From contig CAVTDN010000001.1 of assembly GCA_963733595.1 (NCBI GenBank), positions 61,088-85,087 on the forward strand: a stretch of DNA of 24,000 bases, written 5' to 3'. The position numbers and the translations under genes were made by a program. Positions 10,023-17,055 of the stretch are shown one piece after another. The notes under the pieces were generated by a model that was not told the DNA's origin, searched no databases, and was given only the letters and a program-made list of their open reading frames with translations. The number at the start of each line of letters is the position of its first letter. Position 1 is the stretch's first letter. The DNA is from an uncultured delta proteobacterium. Its GTDB lineage: Bacteria > Desulfobacterota > Desulfobulbia > Desulfobulbales > Desulfobulbaceae.

Positions 10023-11042
10023 ATGCTGAAAGCCACCTCATCGCTTGGAGTCATCTTCTTTCCCGCTTTTGACTGGGCCATCTCGCCCACCCATCCCGAA
10101 CGGGAAGAACGGCTCCTCTACACCCAGGACCAAATCCGTGAGGAAGGGCTGTTCGATATCGATGGCATCAGCGAACATCGCCCCTTGTTTGCCACTGACC
10201 AGGACATCATGCGGGCCCATTTTTGTTTTCCTTCGGTCGATGCCATCTGCACCGAATCGCACCGCATCTCGGCCGGCGGCGCCATTCAGGCGGCCCGACT
10301 GGTACTTGAGCAAGAGACTCGGCGCGCCTTTGCCCTGGTTCGTCCGCCCGGCCACCATGCAATGAAGGTGGTGCACGGCAACCGAGGCTTCTGCAACATC
10401 AACATCGAGGCAGTGATGGTCGAGTGGATCCGCGAACACTACGGCCGCAAGCGCATCGCCATTGTCGACACCGACTGCCACCACGGCGACGGCACCCAGG
10501 ATGTCTACTGGCACGATCCGGACGTACTGTTCATCTCTCTGCACCAGGATGGCCGCACCCTCTACCCTGGCTCCGGTTTCCCGCACGAAAACGGCGGTCC
10601 CAGGGCCCTGGGCAAGACCATCAACATCCCCCTGCCGCCACGCACCTCCGATGAAGGCTATCTTTATGCTTTAGAGAACGTGGTGTTGCCGATCCTCGCC
10701 GACTTCAAGCCGGACCTGGTGATCAATTCCGCCGGTCAGGACAACCATTACTCGGACCCGATCACCAACATGCAGTTCTCGGCCCAAGGCTATGCTCGGC
10801 TCAATGAACTGCTCAAACCCGACATCGCTGTGCTTGAGGGCGGTTATTCGATCAAGGGCGCCCTGCCCTACGTCAACCTCGGTATCTGTTTGGCCATGGC
10901 CGGCTGCGACTACTCGGCGGTTCGCGAACCAGATTTCAATGCCGCTGCCCTGCGCGAGGAACCGGACACCATGGAATACATCAAACAGATCCTGCGGGCA
11001 GCTGTTAGATGGGTATTTTCACCCGGCAAGGGGAGATTTTGA
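10023..11042 (+). CDS. Histone deacetylase-family amidohydrolase (AcuC/acetylpolyamine amidohydrolase-like)
   Basis: 339 aa from the ATG at 10023, the first Met after the upstream gene ends at 9973. Motifs: RPPGHHA, the metal-ligand segment DTDCHHGDGTQDVYW, and LEGGYS. Confidence 0.88.
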   Translation: MLKATSSLGVIFFPAFDWAISPTHPEREERLLYTQDQIREEGLFDIDGISEHRPLFATDQDIMRAHFCFPSVDAICTESHRISAGGAIQAARLVLEQETRRAFALVRPPGHHAMKVVHGNRGFCNINIEAVMVEWIREHYGRKRIAIVDTDCHHGDGTQDVYWHDPDVLFISLHQDGRTLYPGSGFPHENGGPRALGKTINIPLPPRTSDEGYLYALENVVLPILADFKPDLVINSAGQDNHYSDPITNMQFSAQGYARLNELLKPDIAVLEGGYSIKGALPYVNLGICLAMAGCDYSAVREPDFNAAALREEPDTMEYIKQILRAAVRWVFSPGKGRF

Positions 11043-11334
11043 AAAACAGGGTGAATATTTCATCCGCGAACGCAAAATTTATTACGACACCGACGGTATC
11101 CTCGAGAAGCAGCGGGAGGAACTCAAAGATTGTGACCAGTGCCGGGGAATACGGTTGATCAAAAGCAGCAGCAGCCATATTCTGCCTTGCCTGGGCGTCG
11201 AACTGCCCATTGACTGCTGTCCCGCCTGTGAGCATGAAGGCTACGAGATGTTTAACCAGCGGGGCGACGAGTTTCTCGTGGCCCAGTTACTCGACCAGAA
11301 GAACAAGCAGTTTTGCTACCGGCCCAAAGGATGA
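11041..11334 (+). CDS. Cys-rich ORF in the +1 frame relative to the HDAC-like gene, with no canonical start (either a frameshifted C-terminal extension or an orphan small protein)
   Basis: Frame 1 is open across the HDAC stop. It reads ...DGYFHPARGDFEKQGEYFIRERKIYYDTDGILEKQREELKDCDQCRGIRLIKSSSSHILPCLGVELPIDCCPACEHEGYEMFNQRGDEFLVAQLLDQKNKQFCYRPKG. There is no ATG/GTG/TTG between 10940 and the internal Met near 11255. CxxC...CCxxC spacing suggests a zinc ribbon. The start coordinate is nominal. Confidence 0.35.
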   Translation, partial: EKQGEYFIRERKIYYDTDGILEKQREELKDCDQCRGIRLIKSSSSHILPCLGVELPIDCCPACEHEGYEMFNQRGDEFLVAQLLDQKNKQFCYRPKG

Positions 11335-11539
11335 GCAACAGAGGGAATCTATTCCACGAGATACACCCGCGCCCCAGGTCGAACAAATGGCTGACGATGC
11401 AACCCCTACTGTTCATAGCCGCCTTCCCCACGAAACCTGCGAAAACGAGCAACCTAAGAGCTCTCCAGGAAAATGAGGCAGTCACATCCACGTCCCACAC
11501 TAGAAACTGCTGAGTCAATATAACCTTAAAGGAATTCCC

Positions 11540-12079
11540 ATGCCTCCGGTCATCAGCTTTATAGGTTGGCACAATTCTGGAAAAACCACTCTAGCTCGGC
11601 AGGTGGTAACCCGCCTCAAGGACAAGGGATACACCGTGGCAGTTATCAAATCGACGAAAGAACGGGGCATCGTGTTCGATCAACCGCAAACAGATACCGC
11701 TCTCTATTCACTCGCAGGGGCGGACGGTGTAGCCTTGCTGGCCCCTGATCAATTGATTGTGCAGAGCAAACCACCTGGGATCGACTTGCTGTCGTTAGCC
11801 CAGCGTCTTTTCCCAGAAGCGGATATTGTTATTGCCGAGGGGTTCAAACACGCCGTCGGGATTGCTAAAATTGAGGTCAGACGAGAGAGCGTGGCCCCCC
11901 TGCTGCGTGACATGGTGACAGGGGTGATCGCTGTGGCCACCGATCTGCTGCTGGTGGACGGACTGCGTTTCCGGCTGGATCAGAGTCGGGAAATTGCCGA
12001 TCTGATCGAAACCCGCTTCCTCGGAACCTCGTCACCCAGCGAACAACTGATCCGCTCTTCATCACACCCCGAGGAGTAG
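11540..12079 (+). CDS. mobB: Molybdopterin-guanine dinucleotide biosynthesis adapter protein MobB
   Basis: 179 aa. MPPVISFIGWHNSGKTTLARQVVTRLKDKGYTVAVIKSTKE carries the P-loop and the typical MobB N-terminus. AAAGGA ribosome-binding site. Confidence 0.88.
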   Translation: MPPVISFIGWHNSGKTTLARQVVTRLKDKGYTVAVIKSTKERGIVFDQPQTDTALYSLAGADGVALLAPDQLIVQSKPPGIDLLSLAQRLFPEADIVIAEGFKHAVGIAKIEVRRESVAPLLRDMVTGVIAVATDLLLVDGLRFRLDQSREIADLIETRFLGTSSPSEQLIRSSSHPEE

Positions 12080-12413
12080 AGCACGGCAGAAGTCCTCAAT
12101 TACCCTTCCGAAAAAGCGGGATTGCCGACCCGGTACGCAGCCATGTCGGCAAGGAACCGGCCGCAGTGAGCCGGATCATCTTTCTCAGCTCCAGCACCAA
12201 CATTTCGAAGAACACCCGGTAGCAAACATCGACGACATTCTTCGACACCGCACCACCTGGACCATTCTCCTTTATCACCATGGCTCCACGCTACAAAGTG
12301 ATTAACCTGCTCCTGCGTATTACCCCATCCGGACTAGGTGAGGTGGTCGGGGTTAGTGAGACATCCTGAAGTGTAAAATAAGCAATGTTCCTTTTGTTAT
12401 ACAGTTACGGGCT

Positions 12414-13250
12414 TCAGGCTGCCTTGCTCAATTGTTCGAGTCGCTTCGAATAAGCCTCATTTGGAGTCTGCTTGTCAAGCGACGAATGTTTTCTTTTTTC
12501 GTTATACCAGCTGAACCAGGAAGTCAGGTCCTTGGAAAGCTCAGCTCCCGTTTCATATGACTTCAGGTAAATCCTTTCGTATTTCAGAGTACGCCACAGT
12601 CGTTCAATGAAAATGTTGTCCTTGAATCGTCCTTTGCCGTCCATGCTGATCCTGACGTTCCAGGCCTTGAGGACGGAGGTGAAAGCTTCACTGGTAAATT
12701 GACAGCCCTGGTCGGTATTGAATATCTCAGGTGCGCCATATTTAAAAAGAGCCTCTTTCAAAGCCTCAACGCAGAACCTGGTGTCCAGAGTGTTGGATAG
12801 TCGCCAGGCGAGAACCTTTCTGGTGGCCCAGTCCATGATCGCTATCAGGTACATGAAGCCCCGAGCCATAGGGATGTAGGTGATGTCAGTCGCCCATACC
12901 TGGTCGGGCCTGTCAATGGTCACTCCCCGGAGGAGATAGGGATAGACCGGATGCTTCGGCTGCCTCCTGCTGGTGCCCGGCTTAGGAGCCAGAGACTCGA
13001 TGCCCATGACCCGCATCAAGCGGCGGACACGACCTCTTCCCACCACGAGTTCGGGAGTTGTCAGGTGATCGGCAAAGGAACGACTTCCCATCCAGGGGTG
13101 CTCAATATAGAGCTTGTCTATCCGGGCCATTAGTTCCAAGTCACCAACACGTAGGCCGAAACCAAGGCCGCGGTAATAGTTGGAACGAGGCAGTCCAAAA
13201 AGCTGGCAGCGACGTTGAACAGAAACTTCAGGATGCCCCATAGCGATCAC
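12414..13250 (-). CDS. IS3-family transposase OrfB (rve/DDE integrase core), expressed as an OrfAB fusion
   Basis: DDE triad context: WATDITYI, FNTDQGCQFTS and ERLWRTLKYE. The orfB frame is open upstream back to nt 13305 (ERFFSQSARSELGRAQKQQV...), consistent with a fusion. Confidence 0.9.
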   Translation of the reverse strand: MIAMGHPEVSVQRRCQLFGLPRSNYYRGLGFGLRVGDLELMARIDKLYIEHPWMGSRSFADHLTTPELVVGRGRVRRLMRVMGIESLAPKPGTSRRQPKHPVYPYLLRGVTIDRPDQVWATDITYIPMARGFMYLIAIMDWATRKVLAWRLSNTLDTRFCVEALKEALFKYGAPEIFNTDQGCQFTSEAFTSVLKAWNVRISMDGKGRFKDNIFIERLWRTLKYERIYLKSYETGAELSKDLTSWFSWYNEKRKHSSLDKQTPNEAYSKRLEQLSKAA

Positions 13251-13561
13251 CTGCTGTTTCTGCGCCCGGCCAAGTTCAGACCGGGCAGATTGGCTAAAAA
13301 ATCGTTCTCAACCTTGAGCTTGCCGATCTGACGGTGGAGCTCGGCCACTTCGGCCTCATGGTTGACTTCTTTCTTCTTGCCCTTGCCAAAAAGGTCGGAA
13401 GCGTTCTTGGTCAGATCCTGTTTCCATCGGGCGATCTGGGTCGGATGAACCCGGTACTCAGTTGCAAGTTCAGCCAGAGTCTTTGACTCCGACAGAGCAG
13501 CCAGGGCTACGGTGGCCTTAAATTCTGCGCTGTGACGTGTACGATGAGGTGGGTTTGACAT
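13247..13561 (-). CDS. IS3-family transposase OrfA (HTH)
   Basis: 104 aa. HSAEFKATVALAALSESKTLAELATEYRVHPTQIARWKQDL is the HTH. A leucine-zipper-like LHRQIGKLKVENDFL precedes the slippery site. AAGGAG ribosome-binding site. Confidence 0.9.
   Translation of the reverse strand: MSNPPHRTRHSAEFKATVALAALSESKTLAELATEYRVHPTQIARWKQDLTKNASDLFGKGKKKEVNHEAEVAELHRQIGKLKVENDFLANLPGLNLAGRRNSR
13295..13301 (-). promoter_or_regulatory. Programmed -1 ribosomal frameshift heptamer T TTT TTA of the IS3 element
   Basis: The - strand reads GA T TTT TTA GCC in the orfA frame (..NDFLA..). The orfB frame has a TGA two codons upstream of the heptamer and orfA stops 14 codons downstream, so the shift must occur in this window. 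It fits the X XXY YYZ pattern. Confidence 0.75.
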
Positions 13562-13673
13562 TGAACTTCTCCTTGCAAAATAGGTTGGTTCATTGCTTAT
13601 ACACCTGTCTCAATAATTGAACTTCTCCTTGCAAAATAGGTTAGTTCATTGCTTATACACCTGTCTCAACAAT
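13562..13673. repeat. Tandem duplication (2 x 56 bp, 54/56 identical) of the IS3 left end
   Basis: Copy 1 is 13562-13617 and copy 2 is 13618-13673. Each contains the orfA ribosome-binding site, the terminal TGAGACAGGTGTATAAGCAATGAAC repeat and 5 further nt. Confidence 0.95.
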
Positions 13674-14085
13674 CGGCACCTCTTCAGGATTCATTGACGC
13701 GACTGCTTGAGACGATTAAGCAGTACGGTATTGCGTTGCTGCTTGGAATCGACCCGTTGCTCGCCAGTGTGGCGCTGAGCATGCTCGAGAATTTGTGCCG
13801 GGGAAAATTTTGATTGCTGCTACCGCTCTTTCATCCGTCACTCCAGCTTCGGATGCAGGACGAACAGCGCCTGAGGCGGATCTCCGATTTCACTGAGCAG
13901 CGTTACCGGATTTTGCAAGGAGGTCACCGGCGCTCTCAGGATGAGGACCGTCTCCACGGTCAGGAGTCGGCGGCTATGGTCACGAACGTCCCGAGGGTCA
14001 GCGACCTGTAAAAAAAACGTCGAAACCAAAGAGAAGCCACTACCCCGCCGATAACGGCACCAGTAAAGATCAAACCCAAGTAATT

Positions 14086-14733
14086 CTATTTCGTGTTCAA
14101 GATGTCACGAATCCAAGGCCAGTTGGTTAAACTGCTGACAGCCTTTTTGTTTGCCGCCATTTCTGCCAAGCCTAGTTCTGCTTGGGCGGTTGCGGCATCA
14201 AGCGAATCGAAAACTCGGTTGGCAAAATAGTTCCGGCGCAAGATATTCCAGATTTGTTCCGCCGGATTTAATTCCGGTGAATAGGGCGGCAACCGTATCA
14301 AAGCAACATTGTCCGGTATCACGAGGTCCTTGCTTCTGTGAGATGACGCGCCATCAAGAACCATAACGATGAAATCTTCTTTATGCGCCGCACTGACTTG
14401 GGCCAGAAAAATCGTCATGTTTTCCGTATTCATTTTTTCAGTCGTCATGAAGTCGAGACAACCATCCCACGGGCTGACAGCGGCGTATTCGTACCGGAAT
14501 TCACGGATCAGAGCCAGATTGACTACCGGACGATGGGGGGATGGTGCCCAACATGACCTGGGATCGCTCATCCGCCCAAAGCGGGCTTCATCCTGGAACA
14601 TGAGCCGTAGCGGCAGGTTGTTTATATTGTTCAAGCAGGCGGCAGCCACTTCTTCCGGGAGTTTTTTTTGAATTCCTCCTGCGCGGCAGGGTCGCCTTTC
14701 GGATGCTTGGTGTCGGGCTGCACTTTGCGCCAA
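14086..14733 (-). CDS. IS630-family transposase, DDE catalytic part (-1 frame)
   Basis: LMFQDEARFG, VMVLDGASSHRS and LPPYSPELNPAEQIW form the DD(34)E-type signature of IS630/Tc1-mariner. The predicted fusion junction is ...AAQEEFKKKLPEEVAAA... Confidence 0.88.
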   Translation of the reverse strand: MAQSAARHQASERRPCRAGGIQKKLPEEVAAACLNNINNLPLRLMFQDEARFGRMSDPRSCWAPSPHRPVVNLALIREFRYEYAAVSPWDGCLDFMTTEKMNTENMTIFLAQVSAAHKEDFIVMVLDGASSHRSKDLVIPDNVALIRLPPYSPELNPAEQIWNILRRNYFANRVFDSLDAATAQAELGLAEMAANKKAVSSLTNWPWIRDILNTK

Positions 14734-15140
14734 CCATGCCGAGCGAGCAGTCGGTAGGTTGTTGCCAAGGGGATATCATGACCTAGTTTTTCCACCAGTG
14801 CCGCATGGATGGGTGGAACGGTCAAGACGCCTCCCTGTATTGCTTGCGTGTTCCATTGGGCGAGAAACTCTCGTTCTTCTTCAATGGACATGGAAGCGTT
14901 CCGGCGACCGCCCCATGTATTTTTGCATGAATCATCTTGAGTGCGAATTTTATCTCGATCGCGAAAAACTGTGCGGCGACTGATGCCCAGGGCGTCAGCA
15001 GCGCGATCCGCATCAAAGCCATGCTCAGCGACCAAAAGAACCGATAACGCTTTCCTGTATTCGGCTACCGTGGACGCTTGATCACGCAACTGCTTGGCTT
15101 TTTGCACTTCATCGGGATGTATGTATACTGTTCTGGCCAT
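14631..15140 (-). CDS. IS630-family transposase, N-terminal HTH part (upstream frame)
   Basis: 169 aa. ADALGISRRTVFRDRDK is the HTH, and a second helix-turn-helix-like region is TTYRLLARHGWRKVQP. The ORF ends shortly after the A8 run. Confidence 0.88.
   Translation of the reverse strand: MARTVYIHPDEVQKAKQLRDQASTVAEYRKALSVLLVAEHGFDADRAADALGISRRTVFRDRDKIRTQDDSCKNTWGGRRNASMSIEEEREFLAQWNTQAIQGGVLTVPPIHAALVEKLGHDIPLATTYRLLARHGWRKVQPDTKHPKGDPAAQEEFKKNSRKKWLPPA
14662..14669 (-). promoter_or_regulatory. A8 slippery run for the -1 frameshift (or transcriptional slippage) of the IS630 transposase
   Basis: The - strand reads GAA TTC AAA AAA AAC. The -1 frame reads ATT CAA AAA AAA CTC CCG and continues into the DDE ORF. 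Confidence 0.7.
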
Positions 15141-15999
15141 GGCTCACCTCCATGGCTAGATTTTACCAAAGTGTCAACTTGAATGCAAATTTGAATTAGC
15201 AGAAATATTCCAAAGCGGAAACAACTTCAGCCCATAGAGGAGGAAAGGCGCGATGCCAGTAATCCCTCCAAACAGGCAGACCGCCAAGGTACACCCTCAG
15301 GGGAAGTCGTTGGATGAGTGAACTGATGAGATGAACAGCTCCGCCAGAATCCTTATGCACCAGGACGATGCGATTGAACCCTTTCAGGCTGAGCATCCGG
15401 AGTGCTTTCCGGGCTTCATCTTGTTTTGCGAAGTAACCAATGAGAATGCCAATACCCAAGTTTTTGCCCTTTGTTCATTACATGATCAGAGCCGCCGTCC
15501 ATGGGGAATTGCACATGACGATGAAAACTCAGAAAGGAACAAAATGGTCAATCCCAGGTGATTTGACAGTGTGAGGAGTTAGATAGATTATATCCTGAAC
15601 ATGGTAAAGAGGACTTCTTCAGGGCTGCAAGAAATAGTCAGCAATCTTATTATCTATTACTTTAAATACAATATGCATTTTTTTCAATAATACAACTACC
15701 ACCCATTCATTTCAGTGATCGTCACTTCCTTGTGGATCAATTCTATGTACGATGCACTGAATCCATATTTTTATTGAGTGCTGTTGCCTATTCCCAAGCG
15801 GTATGTAAAAATGACTACCCCCTATTGCTTTTCCCATATTATGTCGATAAAATTTTATTATTCTGTTAATCTAATTTGAATATTACTGGTAAGTTTACAT
15901 GGATTCAAATTCTTCAAGAAGTTAACAGTGCATTTCTTCCGCGTTCCCCTTGTTTTTGAAGTACAATCTCTTTGAAAGCAGCGAACCAAATCGCTACAT

Positions 16000-16431
16000 A
16001 TGAAAAAAAGATCATGGGATGAGATTCCCTCACTTGATGGGGTTGGAGTGGATTGGGGCTACAAACCTCAAACGCGGCTCAACAATAGATCATGCGTCCG
16101 CCTGGATATGAAAATTTTGTCGCAACTGTTTGAAGTCCAGAAGATTGTTGTCAAACTGGCCACAATGGACCAAGTCTACAACGGTTCTCTGATTGATGTC
16201 AGTGCAAGTGGATTGGCAATTTATTTGCCGGTTTTGCTTGAGGTCGATCTTTCTGTGAAGGTCGGTTTTTTTCTGGGCAGCGAAAAAATTATTTCGCAGG
16301 GATTGGTCAAACATGCCAGACATGAAGGGGATCGATTCATAACCGGGCTTCAGTTTATTGACCTTGCTCCGGAGTCAGCTCAATACATCGCTGGTTTGTA
16401 TGCAGCAAAAGTCTTGAGTAACCCGGTGTGA
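16000..16431 (+). CDS. PilZ-domain protein (putative c-di-GMP receptor)
   Basis: 143 aa. RxxxR motif (RSCVR) followed by DxSxxG (DVSASG) about 30 residues later, with beta-rich sequence beyond. No obvious Shine-Dalgarno site. A 440-bp AT-rich ORF-free region lies upstream. Confidence 0.7.
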   Translation: MKKRSWDEIPSLDGVGVDWGYKPQTRLNNRSCVRLDMKILSQLFEVQKIVVKLATMDQVYNGSLIDVSASGLAIYLPVLLEVDLSVKVGFFLGSEKIISQGLVKHARHEGDRFITGLQFIDLAPESAQYIAGLYAAKVLSNPV

Positions 16432-16540
16432 GAAAATATTTACCGATATTTACCCATGATATGGCTGTCACTCGTGTAAGCACCCCCCATATCAACTTAG
16501 GCAGGTCCGTAGTAAGTCTCATCTAACTGATCAAACAAAA

Positions 16541-16570
16541 AAGCACCTACCCCCTTCCGGATAAGTGCTT
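16541..16570 (-). terminator. Hairpin terminator (12-bp stem on the - strand RNA; T-runs on both sides)
   Basis: The - strand reads AAGCACTTATCC GGAAGG GGGTAGGTGCTT followed by TTTTTTG. The + strand side is followed by AGTATTTTTTTT, so it may also terminate the PilZ gene. It is homologous to the hairpin at 19395-19422. Confidence 0.7.
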
Positions 16571-16589
16571 AGTATTTTTTTTATTTATG

Positions 16590-16860
16590 GGTCAGAAAGC
16601 GCCCCCGCTTCCAGCCCAATCATCCAGCCTTTTTCATCTTCCTAGTGTAGGCAGCGGCTTCCATCCCGGCAACACATCCCCATCCATCGCCCACGGCCTT
16701 GGTCATCGGCAAGCTGGGCCAACGATATCTCCTGCGGCAGCATACATACTGAATATTTCTGTTGTCAAGACAACATGCTGTACTTTTTCAACGGGTTGCG
16801 GCGCATTTCTGACTCCTGCGGCCTTCTCACCAACCACCACTCAGCCCAGTCGATTGTGAC
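16590..16860 (-). pseudogene. Decayed 3' fragment of a TrxR-like paralog
   Basis: The - strand reads ...MYAAAGDIVGPA(frameshift)MTKAVGDGWGCVAGMEAAAYTRKMKKAG*. This parallels the intact gene's C-terminus IYAAGDIVGPPYQMAKAVGEGCVAGMEAATYARKQKKTA*. DNA similarity with 19393-19700 is evident by eye, including the downstream hairpin. The upstream limit of the homology is fuzzy. Confidence 0.75.
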
Positions 16861-17055
16861 TGCCAGGCGGGTGGCGGCGGGATAGTGTTATTGACTTTTT
16901 GCCTGTATCTGTCCTTAATTCGTGTCGGTCGCAGTGCCTCGATAAGCTGGGCATCTTCGAATTACAGGAAATTCCCTCTCCCCCTGAGCCTTCCTTCTAG
17001 AAAAACACCTGAGAAAATGAACCAGTCCTTGCTTGCCTAACAAGAACAGTCCGAT

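Larger units (their letters stand above)
12357..13668 (-). mobile_element. IS3-family insertion sequence (orfA/orfB with -1 frameshift)
   Basis: Both ends begin TGAGACA: the + strand at 12357 and the - strand at 13668. The imperfect, gapped inverted repeats share GTGTA..TAAGCAATG. The element holds an HTH orfA and a DDE orfB overlapping in the -1 frame. Length is about 1.31 kb. No flanking direct repeat was seen (TAG versus ACA). Confidence 0.9.
12280..13813 (+). pseudogene. Possible small hypothetical gene split by the IS3-family element (12280-12356 joined to 13669-13813)
   Basis: Joining the two IS flanks directly gives an uninterrupted 74-codon frame: MAPRYKVINLLLRITPSGLGEVVGV|RQSAPLQDSLTRLLETIKQYGIALLLGIDPLLASVALSMLENLCRGKF*. 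There is no recognisable family and no target-site duplication, so the in-frame join could be chance. Confidence 0.25.
14081..15198 (-). mobile_element. IS630-family insertion sequence with flanking TA duplication
   Basis: 1118 bp including TA at 14081-82 and at 15197-98. Terminal inverted repeats match at 21 of 28 positions (taattctatttcgtgttcaagatgtcac versus the reverse complement taattcaaatttgcattcaagttgacac). A two-ORF DDE transposase lies inside. Confidence 0.9.
13960..15459 (-). pseudogene. Hypothetical membrane-protein gene interrupted by the IS630-family element (15459-15199 joined to 14080-13960)
   Basis: The ORF at 15196-15459 (TTG start; MGIGILIGYFAKQDEARKALRMLSLKGFNRIVLVHKDSGG...) ends at a TAA made from the duplicated TA plus the first IS base. 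Removing 14083-15198 restores the frame: ...ALEYFC|YLGLIFTGAVIGGVVASLWFRRFFYRSLTLGTFVTIAADS*. The restored part includes a Gly-rich transmembrane helix and stops at 13960-13962. Confidence 0.7.

Noticed and set aside
11335-11539. Possible Moco riboswitch upstream of mobB
   Set aside because: I could not identify the conserved Moco-motif elements by eye. Only an ordinary AAAGGA ribosome-binding site is present. An Infernal scan would be needed before making any claim.
13562-13673. Possible CRISPR or other repeat array
   Set aside because: There are only two directly abutting copies with no spacers. The repeat unit is the IS3 terminal region, so this is a tandem duplication and not a CRISPR array.
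16587-16859. 90-aa + strand ORF
   Set aside because: It is antisense to the decayed TrxR-like fragment. The opposite strand shows clear homology to the C-terminus of the intact gene.
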